DNA from: Verrucomicrobiota bacterium
GTDB lineage: Bacteria; Verrucomicrobiota; Verrucomicrobiia; Limisphaerales; JADJPG01
Length of the DNA stretch: 64,000 bases
Assembly (NCBI GenBank): GCA_016713365.1
Contig: JADJPG010000006.1
Coordinates: 52,443-116,442 of the forward strand
Direction: 5' to 3'
The notes beneath the pieces are model-generated. The model was not told the origin of the DNA. It saw only the letters and a program-made list of their open reading frames with translations, and did no database searches. The position numbers and the translations under genes are program-made. Shown piece after piece: positions 41,995 through 50,184 of this stretch; position 1 is the first letter of the stretch; each line of letters opens with the position of its first letter.

Positions 41995-42285
41995 CTAGGC
42001 CTCGGGTGGGAGCAGGAGGTATTTCTCCCGCACCATTTCCCACGCTTGCGTCTGGGCCTGCTGCGCCGTTGACCCCTGCTGCATCAAACGTGTGCGGAGC
42101 GTGGCCATTTCGTCCTTCGTCTTCTCCTCTGCCTCCAGAAGCATCTGGTGCAGGATGCGTTTCCGCTCCAGTTCGCGAACCATCTTCGGGCGGTGTTCCC
42201 GCCAGTGTTTCTCGGCCAGCCGGCCGTATTGCGTCAACGGTGTCATAAGCGGTTTGTCTTTCGCCGAAGAGATCCAGCTGCTCAT
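41995..42285 (-). CDS. Small helical protein, TnpV-like pattern (tentative)
   Basis: ..TPLTQYGRLAEKHWREHRPKMVRELERKRILHQMLLEAEEKTKDEM.. resembles the LGKYG..YLKEHRP..L..G.L..HL.E..E pattern of TnpV-type proteins of mobile elements. 96 aa. Confidence 0.4.
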   Translation of the reverse strand: MSSWISSAKDKPLMTPLTQYGRLAEKHWREHRPKMVRELERKRILHQMLLEAEEKTKDEMATLRTRLMQQGSTAQQAQTQAWEMVREKYLLLPPEA

Positions 42286-42330
42286 CCGTTCCTGTTCTGA
42301 TTTCGCCGGATGGCCATGCGCTTGGTCGCC

Positions 42331-42558
42331 TTACGGCCGGAACAGTTCGTTTACCTCCACCCCGAGCACCGCAGCGAAGGCGTAGGCGTGTTTGTCGGTG
42401 GAAACGGAGCGCAACGTCTCGATGTTGGCGAGAATGTCGCGTGTGATCTTGAGGTCGGGAAAGCGCACCTGCAGCTTCGCGACGAACACATCCTGCGTCC
42501 ACGCCCGCTGCCAGCGGAGCCGGGCGATCTTGCGGCCAATGAGGTTCGACCCGTTCAT
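42331..42558 (-). CDS. XRE-family HTH regulator (Cro/CI-type, 75 aa)
   Basis: MNGSNLIGRKIARLRWQRAWTQDVFVAKL..LANIETLRSVSTDKHAYAFAAVLGVEVNELF. GGAGG lies ~5 nt upstream of ATG 42558. Confidence 0.75.
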   Translation of the reverse strand: MNGSNLIGRKIARLRWQRAWTQDVFVAKLQVRFPDLKITRDILANIETLRSVSTDKHAYAFAAVLGVEVNELFRP

Positions 42559-42608
42559 CCCACCTCCCCGGTTGCCATGCGGAATGAAGGATTGCACCAA
42601 TCTGGACA

Positions 42609-42623
42609 TCCCATATTATGGGA
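42609..42623. promoter_or_regulatory. Perfect palindrome TCCCATA-T-TATGGGA between the divergent XRE genes (candidate operator)
   Basis: 7-1-7 inverted repeat read directly from the sequence. It contains a TATTAT -10-like hexamer and lies 51 nt from ATG 42558 and 19 nt from ATG 42642. Confidence 0.4.
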
Positions 42624-42641
42624 CAACTCGGCGAAAAAAAT

Positions 42642-43070
42642 ATGAGTTATCTCAGCACCGCCTTGAAGCGCATCAGCGAACGGCATGGTCTCAAGCAGGC
42701 CGATGTCGTTCGTGAATCCGGCCTCACGCGCAGCCATGTCTCCCGCCTGTTCACCGGCGATCAGCGCTGGATTTACGACGCCGACATGGCGGCCATTTTG
42801 CATGTCTTCCGAAAGTATCCGGGCGAACAGTCCGAGCTCGTGGCCGCGCGTTGCCTGGACGTTCGCAATGGACCGGGTTCGGATCGGGTCACGATTACCA
42901 TCGAGGGCGAGGAAAGCTCCCGGCGGTCGGGTCGTGCGGCAGGCGGGGATCATGTGGAGTTGAGTCATGAAACAGAACGTGCGTTGGCGTGGTTGCGCAG
43001 CCAGTGTCCGCTCAACGCGGACCTTGAGAAACACCTGGTGGGTTATGCCCGGCTGACGGGCATGAAGTAG
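42642..43070 (+). CDS. XRE-family HTH regulator with uncharacterised C-terminal domain
   Basis: MSYLSTALKRISERHGLKQADVVRESGLTRSHVSRLFTGDQ. The alternative ATG 42618 lies inside the palindrome. Confidence 0.7.
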   Translation: MSYLSTALKRISERHGLKQADVVRESGLTRSHVSRLFTGDQRWIYDADMAAILHVFRKYPGEQSELVAARCLDVRNGPGSDRVTITIEGEESSRRSGRAAGGDHVELSHETERALAWLRSQCPLNADLEKHLVGYARLTGMK

Positions 43071-43308
43071 ACGGCACCGCCGTCCGGCGTCGGAGGACTG
43101 GGCGCAGATAGATGCGACGTGTTCGTTCGTTCTTCAGGCGGGACTTGAAGAAGAAGCAGAGACCGCGTTCCCACTTGCGCGCGGCGCGCGAGACTTCCAG
43201 CAGTTCACTCCGCTTGGCGCCCCGCACCATGCCCATCAGGGCGCGGATCAATTCCTTCTCCCCGTCCGGCAAGGTGCTCCACCAACGATGATCAGTAGTT
43301 GTTTTCAT
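43012..43308 (-). CDS. Hypothetical small basic protein
   Basis: 98-codon ORF MKTTTDHRWWSTLPDGEKELIRALMGMVRGAKRSELLEVSRAARKWER... Its 3' end overlaps the convergent XRE gene, so the true stop is uncertain. Confidence 0.35.
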   Translation of the reverse strand: MKTTTDHRWWSTLPDGEKELIRALMGMVRGAKRSELLEVSRAARKWERGLCFFFKSRLKNERTRRIYLRPVLRRRTAVPSTSCPSAGHNPPGVSQGPR

Positions 43309-43404
43309 CTTGGATCACTTTCTACCCCATCCACAGGGACAACCATGGGGCTGCACTCGCATGATTTGGAAAAAGTTGTTCACAACATCTCCTCCCTGCT
43401 CCGC

Positions 43405-44466
43405 TCACAGCGTTTCATACCGACTGGATAACGCCCGAGCAATCGCTCCCAGCCGTTCCACAAGAGGGCTCGGCTGAATGACGGTCGCGTGAGCGCCCCA
43501 GCCCAGCACCCAACGTTCGACTTCCTCCAGACCGCTCAGGCGTAACCGAACGCGGGACTCGCCGCCCGGCAGTTCCATCAGCTCCATGCTGGGATGCCAT
43601 CGGCGTCCGCGCAGTTGATCGGTCGCCCACGCATCGAACTCGATGACGACATCGTAGTCATTCCGCCCACTCATCACGGAGAGACTTCCCCTGAGGTAGC
43701 GGCTGATGTCGAAGTCGTGCGGCTTCTCAAACGGAACTTCCAATCGCGCCACTTGATTCATGCGGGAGACCGCGAAGGTCCGAATCTCCCGCCGGTCGAC
43801 ATCATGCCCGATGACGTACCACCGTTGATCGCAACAGGTCAGATGATAGGGATGCAGGAACCGGGCGGCCGCCGATCTCTCGCCAGGCTTGCGGTAGGTG
43901 AACCGCAACGCCCGCCGGTGCTGGACCGACGCAGCCACCATCTCCATCACCTGCGGATCGGACTCCTCCGGACCCAAGGGACGGAAGGACAAATCCGCTT
44001 CCGGTTCGGTGTGTCCCTCCAAACCGCTCCGTTGTCCGGTCAGTTTGTGAACCGCAGTCCGCAGCGGCGCGCGAAAGGGTGTCTCGCCATATTGGCTGAC
44101 CGCCTTGTCTGCGACCACCAGTGCGAAGCGTTCTTCGGCATTGATCGTGGGAACGCCCGGTAGTTGTTTAACCGGTGCCGCATAAAAGTACCCGCGCCGT
44201 TGCCGGTGATACTCAATGGGCAGCTGCCAATGGACTCGCATCCATTCGATGTCGCGCTTGATGGTCTTGGGTGACACCTCAAACTCCCGCGCCAGCCGGT
44301 GGACATTCGGATGCCGCTGGGCGGAGATGAGTTGATGAATGCCCAGCAGCCGTTCGGTCGCATTGCGACTGACGGAAACGGGCTTGTGGTTGGACGAGGG
44401 GACGATGGTCTCACGAAGAATCCGTTCCTCCTGGGCATCGCCCTGCATAACAGGGTTCTTGCTCAT
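43405..44466 (-). CDS. HTH + WYL-domain transcriptional regulator
   Basis: N-terminal HTH ..HPNVHRLAREFEVSPKTIKRDIEWM... WYL core FLHPYHLTCCDQRWYVIGHDVDRREIRTFAVSRM. C-terminal WCX-like region. ATG 44466 (the ORF opens at GTG 44490). Confidence 0.8.
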   Translation of the reverse strand: MSKNPVMQGDAQEERILRETIVPSSNHKPVSVSRNATERLLGIHQLISAQRHPNVHRLAREFEVSPKTIKRDIEWMRVHWQLPIEYHRQRRGYFYAAPVKQLPGVPTINAEERFALVVADKAVSQYGETPFRAPLRTAVHKLTGQRSGLEGHTEPEADLSFRPLGPEESDPQVMEMVAASVQHRRALRFTYRKPGERSAAARFLHPYHLTCCDQRWYVIGHDVDRREIRTFAVSRMNQVARLEVPFEKPHDFDISRYLRGSLSVMSGRNDYDVVIEFDAWATDQLRGRRWHPSMELMELPGGESRVRLRLSGLEEVERWVLGWGAHATVIQPSPLVERLGAIARALSSRYETL

Positions 44467-44486
44467 GCCTACACTCTTTATCACAG

Positions 44487-44515
44487 CCACCAGGACAATG
44501 GCTGTCCAATGGTGG
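44487..44515. promoter_or_regulatory. Nested imperfect inverted repeat CCACCAGGACA-atggc-TGTCCaaTGGTGG just upstream of the WYL gene
   Basis: Read directly from the sequence, 21-49 nt upstream of ATG 44466 on the coding strand. Confidence 0.3.
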
Positions 44516-44583
44516 GAGTTTTACAAACGCCTCCCCTGCCCTCGCGCCCCGGCCCACCAATGGCGATGCCGGGGCGCTCCTGG

Positions 44584-44988
44584 TCAGACGCCCACGGATT
44601 CCGTGCGCGTTTGTTGTCCCTGCGTCCGCGCGATCGTGCGACGCGCCGAACGGGCGATCTGCGCGATGACGTTTTCCTTCTGATCTTCCGGCAGATCTTT
44701 CACCAGCAGATCATAGGCGCGTTTCATCTCCGGATTGCGGTTGATCTGCTTGAGCAGCCCGTCCCGGATTCGCTGCTGCCGGTCGAGCTCGCGCACTTCG
44801 TTGAGGACGACGCTGCGTTCCAGTCGCTCGCGCGGCATCGCCTGGACGTAGGCCCAATACTTGGGGTTTTCTTTGATGTAGGTATCAATCTTCGCATCCA
44901 CTTCCGGGTTGCTCCGGAAGGTGGGCTGATCGGTCGGGGCGGCAGCGCCGCTGGCGCCGGCTGGCGCCGAGGATTTCGGTTTGCTCAT
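44584..44988 (-). CDS. Hypothetical helical protein of the element
   Basis: Likely start MSKPKSSAPAG.. (ATG 44988). ..IDTYIKENPKYWAYVQAMPRERLERSVVLNEVRELDRQQR... No family recognised. Confidence 0.5.
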   Translation of the reverse strand: MSKPKSSAPAGASGAAAPTDQPTFRSNPEVDAKIDTYIKENPKYWAYVQAMPRERLERSVVLNEVRELDRQQRIRDGLLKQINRNPEMKRAYDLLVKDLPEDQKENVIAQIARSARRTIARTQGQQTRTESVGV

Positions 44989-45070
44989 AACGATTCGGGT
45001 TGGTTGGCACGGCTTGGACCGTGTTCGCCGGCGGGGAGATGGCTTCTCCCCAATTCCCGGCAAAGTATCT

Positions 45071-45647
45071 TCAAGGTTTCGTGCTGCTCCCAGGCACGAG
45101 GGTCGGCGGCTCGTTGGTCGTCAGGGCCGACGCCGATAGTTTTTGGAGTTCACGCTGAAACTCCGCGATCCGTTGTTCGTTGGTGGAAAGGCGGACCTGG
45201 AGGAACGACTGGTTTCGAGCCACCTGCTTCATCTCGCCCAGCAGCGTTTGGAGTTCACGGTAGGACTGCGCGAGCTTCGCCGCTTCGTTCATGACCCGCG
45301 CCGTCGTCTCACGTTGACGATTCATTTCCGCAATCAGCGCATCATTGGTCAGCGGAGTTGCCGCAGCGGCATCAGGCGGCGGGTTCAAGAGCGGAATGGT
45401 CTGGTTCGACCCGAGATGGAGATTCCAACGCGCGGAGACTTCGACGCGATGGATCGGGTGTTGTTCGTGCATCGTCCCCGGTTGATTCGGATCGATGTAG
45501 CGGCCCAGATGATAGGCGCGGACCACTTCGCCATAACGCACCGATTCGAGAGGCTCGACGGCCAGCGGCGGCGGGCCGAAGTGCCACCGGCGAATGCGAC
45601 GCGCACGAGGCAATGAACAACAAGGGGATCAAGGCGAAGAGTTTCAT
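45071..45647 (-). CDS. Hypothetical lipoprotein downstream of trbI (one apparent indel just after the lipobox)
   Basis: ATG 45647 overlaps the trbI stop (ATGA). MKLFALIPLLFIASC lipobox, then the frame changes to ..RRIRRWHFGPPPLAVEPLESVRYGEVVRAYHLGRYIDPNQPG.. with a coiled-coil tail. Confidence 0.5.
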
Positions 45648-46747
45648 GGTTGGTGCGGTGAGTTTGCTGGAAGCCGGTCGCCGGCAGGTGTGCCAGCTAC
45701 CCCGAGACCGGGATTGCTCGGGCTCTCCTCCAAGAATGGTTTCCACTGTCCGCCAATCGCTGCGTCGCTGCGGTCGATCGTTTGGAGGACGTAGATATAG
45801 AATTGTTTCCCGCTCGGCACCCGGACGTAGAACCCATCGCGCTGAATCGTGTCGTAGATGCGTTGGGCATACACCGAAAGAACCTTCTCCGCTCCTTTGA
45901 ACGGCGCGTTGTTCAACGATCGGCTGTCGACCGAACCGAAGATGGTTTGTTCCTTCTCCGTCAACGCACTGGCGGCGCCCGCCAGAAACGTGGCGGCAAA
46001 CAGTTTAATCTCTGCCAGATTGTCGGACTTGAGCAGGCGCCCGCGCAGCCCCGCGCTGCCATCGGTAATACCCCACCTTTCCTGATCGCCGGAGAACTCG
46101 CGGTCGAGCGCAATGCCTTTCAGCCGGAGTTCCTCGCCGGTCTGCCAGACGAAGGTCCAGTTGTTGCCGCTGGCGATGCGTTCGCGGTGCCGGTCGGTCT
46201 GCGCGGTGCCGTGAACTTCCGTCCCCGCCGGAATTACCAGCTTCCCGGCGTGATAAATGTTCTCGGTCACCAGTCCAATGATCGGCGTTTGGATCGATGC
46301 CGAGTCGACGGTGATGACGATTTCACAGGCGATCAACCGCCCATACGGGGCGTAGGTGTCGCCGAGCATTTTTGGTTCTGGCACACCCGCCGTGGCATCT
46401 CCGAACAGACTAATCGGGGCAAGCACTGGCGGCGGCGGGTTGGGTTCAGGCCTCGCGAGATCGACCACGACTTTCGTCAGCTCATTGGTCTTCGCCGGTG
46501 CCGCAGGCCGCTCCGGTTTGGGCGTTGGCGGGCGATAGGGTTGCATCGGGCGTTCGATGCTTTGCACGATTTGCGGACGATCCGTCGCATTGCTCGCAAG
46601 GCTGGTCACGCGCACGTCCATGTCGTCGCTGTTCGAGCGATCTCGAAACACGCTGAACAACACCAGTCCCCCACCAAAGATCGCCGCAAACAACAGCAGC
46701 TTGCCGCTGCCGGTCTTGAAGAAGTTCAGAAAGTCGCGCGGCTTCAT
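45644..46747 (-). CDS. trbI: T4SS protein TrbI/VirB10
   Basis: N-terminal TM, Pro-rich linker (PPTPKPERPAAPAK..PEPNPPPPV), and a C-terminal VirB10 barrel pattern ..IPAGTEVHGTAQTD..GITDGSAGLRG..FYVRVPSGKQFYIYVLQ. Confidence 0.85.
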   Translation of the reverse strand: MKPRDFLNFFKTGSGKLLLFAAIFGGGLVLFSVFRDRSNSDDMDVRVTSLASNATDRPQIVQSIERPMQPYRPPTPKPERPAAPAKTNELTKVVVDLARPEPNPPPPVLAPISLFGDATAGVPEPKMLGDTYAPYGRLIACEIVITVDSASIQTPIIGLVTENIYHAGKLVIPAGTEVHGTAQTDRHRERIASGNNWTFVWQTGEELRLKGIALDREFSGDQERWGITDGSAGLRGRLLKSDNLAEIKLFAATFLAGAASALTEKEQTIFGSVDSRSLNNAPFKGAEKVLSVYAQRIYDTIQRDGFYVRVPSGKQFYIYVLQTIDRSDAAIGGQWKPFLEESPSNPGLGVAGTPAGDRLPANSPHQP

Positions 46748-47643
46748 GGCTGACCTTTGGGAGAACGAGCCGGTGACACGACGGGCTCGTTGGTGGAAAC
46801 GTTTTCCGGCGGAGGCGGCGAGGTCCGCGTGACCAGCACGGCAAACTCGTTCTGGAGCGACAGCTCATTCCGACCTCCGTCCGGGGTGCCGGTGATGGCG
46901 AAGTAAACTGTGCTCAGCGACGAGGCCGGCAACATTCCCGGCGCGTCGCTGATGGACTGATGGTAAAGCCGGTTGCCGACACGGACGCTGAAACTCTCGG
47001 GAAGATAGCGAATGGGCTGGTCGGACTTGTTCCGCAGCGTGACGTGAAACACGAGGGTATCCTCCGGGTTGAAGCGGAAGATCTCTTCGATCCGGATCTC
47101 GTAGTCGTTGAAGTCGGCCACTGGCGGACGGTCCCCAAACGTCCGGGCTTCGGCTCCAGCCACGGCTTCGGGCCGTTGCGCTTTAAGCAGTGGGAAGGCC
47201 TTCGCCTTGTCCAGCAACGCCAGCAGGCGGGTCGGTGAAACCAGCGGCGCCGGATAAACGGTTGAAGCGGTTGACGCTCGTTCTTCCAGGTGAAGCGCGA
47301 GCACGGGCGCATCACTCTCCACCAATTCAAAGACGTAGGTGCGTTTGTTCCAGCGAAGGTTCAGGTTCGTCGCCGCCTTGCGCACCAGCGCGCGAACGGA
47401 GAGGAACGACGAGCCTTTGGTGTGAGCGATTTGAAATTGACCCGGCGTCTTGCCATCCGCGGTCACACCGACCGCATCCAGCGCGGCAATCGGCCCAGGA
47501 AAACTGATCGTGGTCACCCGATTCGTCGCGACCGGCACCGTAACCACCACGCGCTCATCGAGGGTCAGGCGTTGAATCGATTCAGACGAACCCGCCAGTG
47601 CCATCGTGACGGTCAGGAAAATAAAGCTAAGGAATGATTTCAT
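46744..47643 (-). CDS. trbG: T4SS protein TrbG/VirB9
   Basis: Signal MKSFLSFIFLTVTMALAG. ..NRVTTISFPGPI.., ..FLSVRALVRKAATNLNLRWNKRTYVFEL.. gives a CagX/VirB9 pattern. Sits between the VirB8 and VirB10 homologues. Confidence 0.75.
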   Translation of the reverse strand: MKSFLSFIFLTVTMALAGSSESIQRLTLDERVVVTVPVATNRVTTISFPGPIAALDAVGVTADGKTPGQFQIAHTKGSSFLSVRALVRKAATNLNLRWNKRTYVFELVESDAPVLALHLEERASTASTVYPAPLVSPTRLLALLDKAKAFPLLKAQRPEAVAGAEARTFGDRPPVADFNDYEIRIEEIFRFNPEDTLVFHVTLRNKSDQPIRYLPESFSVRVGNRLYHQSISDAPGMLPASSLSTVYFAITGTPDGGRNELSLQNEFAVLVTRTSPPPPENVSTNEPVVSPARSPKGQP

Positions 47644-48286
47644 ATTTGAAGTCGCCCACCGCGGTCGGGAAACGGCCATTGGCCACCATGTTGGGGTTGC
47701 GCAGGAAACGAAGGTTGAGTTTGAAGTTGAAGGCTTCGGTGAAGGCTTTCTCTTGAAAGATGCCGGTGCGGATCACCTGGCCGGAAACGGTCACGAGCAC
47801 TTCGTCCTCACGGGTCGAAAGAATGTCGATCTTTGAAATCTCCGGTTTTTGCCGGAGTTGTTTGGCCCGGAACTCCACCGCTTCCCGCGTGCGTTGTTCC
47901 TGTGCCTTCTGCAGGGCGGATTTCAGGAACAGCTGGCGAAGCAGTTCCGGGTGATCGAAGTCTTTCGGGCTACGCTGGAGCAACGTCAGGGTCGCGAGTT
48001 CCGCTTGTTGCACATGCAGATCTTTCGCTTCGGCGAACTGCAGCAACGGACTGACATAGTAGGTCTGCGCCGGGTCGATGATGACGACGCGTTCCCGTTG
48101 CTTGAATTGATTGATGATGTGATAGCGATCCAGCGCGGCGACGCCCGTCACCGCCACCGCCACGAGGAACCAGAACCACGGCAGCCGATCGCGTTGCGCG
48201 AACAATTGGGTCGGGTCGAAGGCACGGCGGGGTCGGACGACCGACGTGGTGCTGGTTTGAGTCTGGCGGAGTTCAGGGGTTTCCAT
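47627..48286 (-). CDS. trbF: T4SS protein TrbF/VirB8-like
   Basis: Bitopic: RLPWFWFLVAVAVTGVAAL TM followed by a ~160-aa periplasmic domain. Sits between the VirB6-like and VirB9 genes. Confidence 0.6.
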   Translation of the reverse strand: METPELRQTQTSTTSVVRPRRAFDPTQLFAQRDRLPWFWFLVAVAVTGVAALDRYHIINQFKQRERVVIIDPAQTYYVSPLLQFAEAKDLHVQQAELATLTLLQRSPKDFDHPELLRQLFLKSALQKAQEQRTREAVEFRAKQLRQKPEISKIDILSTREDEVLVTVSGQVIRTGIFQEKAFTEAFNFKLNLRFLRNPNMVANGRFPTAVGDFKYEIIP

Positions 48287-48291
48287 GGCGA

Positions 48292-49359
48292 TTAAAAGTT
48301 CCGCCCACGAGCCTGGGCGATGAGGTCACGAACGGAGCGATCACCAGTAATGTCGTCACCGGCACGACCACGGGTGGATCTCGGCGGCAGCCCGGAACCG
48401 GCAATGATCATCGCCCCCGCACTGCCGACACCGGCGGCGGTCGACAGAGTGCTCAACGCCGCCGCCATTCCAGCCGCAGCGACGGGTGCTGATGAAACGC
48501 CGGTCGCGGATCCCACCGCCGCAGCTCCAGATGTGGTCGCCGCGGTTTGCAGAAATCCTCCCACGGCGCCCGCGATGAGTTGTCCCCCGGCGAGTGCCCC
48601 AGTGCTCAACACTTTCTGGATCACGACCGGTGCAGAGATCGTGCTGAACACAATCCAGAACGCCACCACGACGACTCCAAAGGTTGCTTGCAGCGTGTAG
48701 AAGGAAGCCGTCGGATCAAAGAAGCGCGACGAGGGATCGGTCATGAAGTCGAGCATGCCCTGGGTGATCAGCGCCGCGACCGCCCAACCCAGGGGCCAGA
48801 GCAGGACGCCGGCGATGTTCATCAGGTAACGGCTGCCCACGGACCGCAGCGGTCGAATCGCCATCAAACCAATCAACAGGGGCGAGAGCGCATACGCCGT
48901 GAACAGGATGAACTTTTGAATGAGGTAGGCCCACAACAGGAGGAGTGACGCGAACTGGCCGACCAGCCAGAGAATCCCGGTAATCAGCATCTCGACCGAG
49001 AAGGCGTTCAGGTCACTCAAAATGTCCCACCAGGATCGTTCACCGCCCGTATCCCGACGGACTTCCAGTAACTGGTTGTATTGCTGGTGAACCTGCGACG
49101 GATCAACACCGAGGCCATTGAGGATCGAGGTCTGGAGAAGTTCCTGCGCCTGGTTGCCCCACTGCGGCAGCATGACCAGCAGCGCAGTGAGCACGAACAG
49201 GCGCACCATGTGCAGCATCAGGGTCTTGGCGGAGAACCCGTGCGCCACCAGCAGAATGGTTCCGACGATGAACAGCAGGAACGCCACGAGGCGCAGCAGT
49301 TCGTGCAGTTCCGCACATTTTTGCAGGAACGTCGGAAAGAGTTGTTCGAAGGTAGCCAT
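48292..49359 (-). CDS. trbL: T4SS protein TrbL/VirB6-like
   Basis: Polytopic membrane protein with >=6 hydrophobic segments and a Gly/Ala/Ser-rich C-terminal tail. Sits directly after the TrbJ-like gene. Confidence 0.7.
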   Translation of the reverse strand: MATFEQLFPTFLQKCAELHELLRLVAFLLFIVGTILLVAHGFSAKTLMLHMVRLFVLTALLVMLPQWGNQAQELLQTSILNGLGVDPSQVHQQYNQLLEVRRDTGGERSWWDILSDLNAFSVEMLITGILWLVGQFASLLLLWAYLIQKFILFTAYALSPLLIGLMAIRPLRSVGSRYLMNIAGVLLWPLGWAVAALITQGMLDFMTDPSSRFFDPTASFYTLQATFGVVVVAFWIVFSTISAPVVIQKVLSTGALAGGQLIAGAVGGFLQTAATTSGAAAVGSATGVSSAPVAAAGMAAALSTLSTAAGVGSAGAMIIAGSGLPPRSTRGRAGDDITGDRSVRDLIAQARGRNF

Positions 49360-49383
49360 CGTCGGAAAGCTGGGAATGGCGCC

Positions 49384-50184
49384 TTACGGAGTCGGAAACG
49401 CCGTCGGCGCATTCACGAGGCGGAAGGTCTGGCCGTATTTCTGCACCGCCTCGGTGAACTCGGCGTGTTGCTGTTCCTTCTTCGCTTCGGCCTGCCGTTG
49501 CGTCTCATTGCGGTTGGCAACGTCCTGCACGAGCGCCGACGCGGTGGCTTGATTGATTTCGTAGTCGGTGTTGTTCAGTGCGGACGAGAGGCCGATGAGA
49601 ACGCCGGTCAGCTTTTGCACTTCAGCGTCGGTGGTGGCGTTCTTGAGCGCCGTCGTCGTGCGGGCGATCTCCTCCTTCAACGCGATGCGCCGCGTGGCCG
49701 CGTCGGCAGAGACGGAGAGGAAGTTGTCCGCAGTTTTCTGCACGGCTGCAACGGCGAGATAAGGCGCTTCGCGACGGGCGACCGTCGCGCCATTCGGCGT
49801 CGAAAACGTCGTGCCGATGCTGCTGAACAGTCCATTGGCGTCGTAGATCATGGCCTGCCCTGCGTCCACCGCCCCTTCGAGCGCAGTCAAAGTCTGGCCA
49901 ACTTCCGCCCGACGTAGTTCGGTCACCAGCGGTTGCACGGTATTCAGCACCACGGCTTTCGGATCACCGAACAGACTTTCGTAGTGCTTGAACTCAGTGA
50001 GTTGATCTTCGAGCGCCTTGATCTGTTGGACCTGGTGGTTGATGACCTCGACGAATTTCGCGACTTCCTGCACGGTGTTTATGACGGACTGAATCGTATT
50101 GGCCGGGTCGTAAACGACCCACTGCGCGCGCGCCGTGCTGGCAAGGCCAGCGGTCGCGAGCATTACGGTGAGGAGTTTTTTCAT
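49384..50184 (-). CDS. trbJ: T4SS protein TrbJ/VirB5-like
   Basis: Signal MKKLLTVMLATAGLASTARA, then QWVVYDPANTIQSVINTVQEVAKFVEVINHQVQQIKALEDQL gives a TrbJ N-terminal pattern in a helical protein. Confidence 0.65.
   Translation of the reverse strand: MKKLLTVMLATAGLASTARAQWVVYDPANTIQSVINTVQEVAKFVEVINHQVQQIKALEDQLTEFKHYESLFGDPKAVVLNTVQPLVTELRRAEVGQTLTALEGAVDAGQAMIYDANGLFSSIGTTFSTPNGATVARREAPYLAVAAVQKTADNFLSVSADAATRRIALKEEIARTTTALKNATTDAEVQKLTGVLIGLSSALNNTDYEINQATASALVQDVANRNETQRQAEAKKEQQHAEFTEAVQKYGQTFRLVNAPTAFPTP

Larger units (their letters stand above)
35541..50184. mobile_element. Integrative (conjugative) element remnant inserted at the 3' end of tRNA-Leu; right boundary not defined
   Basis: Tyrosine integrase lies 217 nt after the tRNA. 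It is followed by an excisionase-like HTH, a methylase-helicase, a CI/Cro-like XRE pair, a WYL regulator and trbJ-trbL-trbF-trbG-trbI. I saw no attR repeat, relaxase, coupling protein or VirB4/VirB11 in the window. Confidence 0.6.

Noticed and set aside
39329-41998. Two long plus-strand ORFs (39329-40870, 40889-41998)
   Set aside because: They are antisense to the methylase-helicase gene, whose motifs are unambiguous. They are shadow ORFs.
41999-42502. N-terminal ~170 codons of the 1390-aa ORF 38330-42502
   Set aside because: It overlaps the XRE gene (42331-42558) and the TnpV-like ORF (41995-42285), which have far more protein-like sequences. This stretch is Gly/Arg/Ala-rich with no motif.
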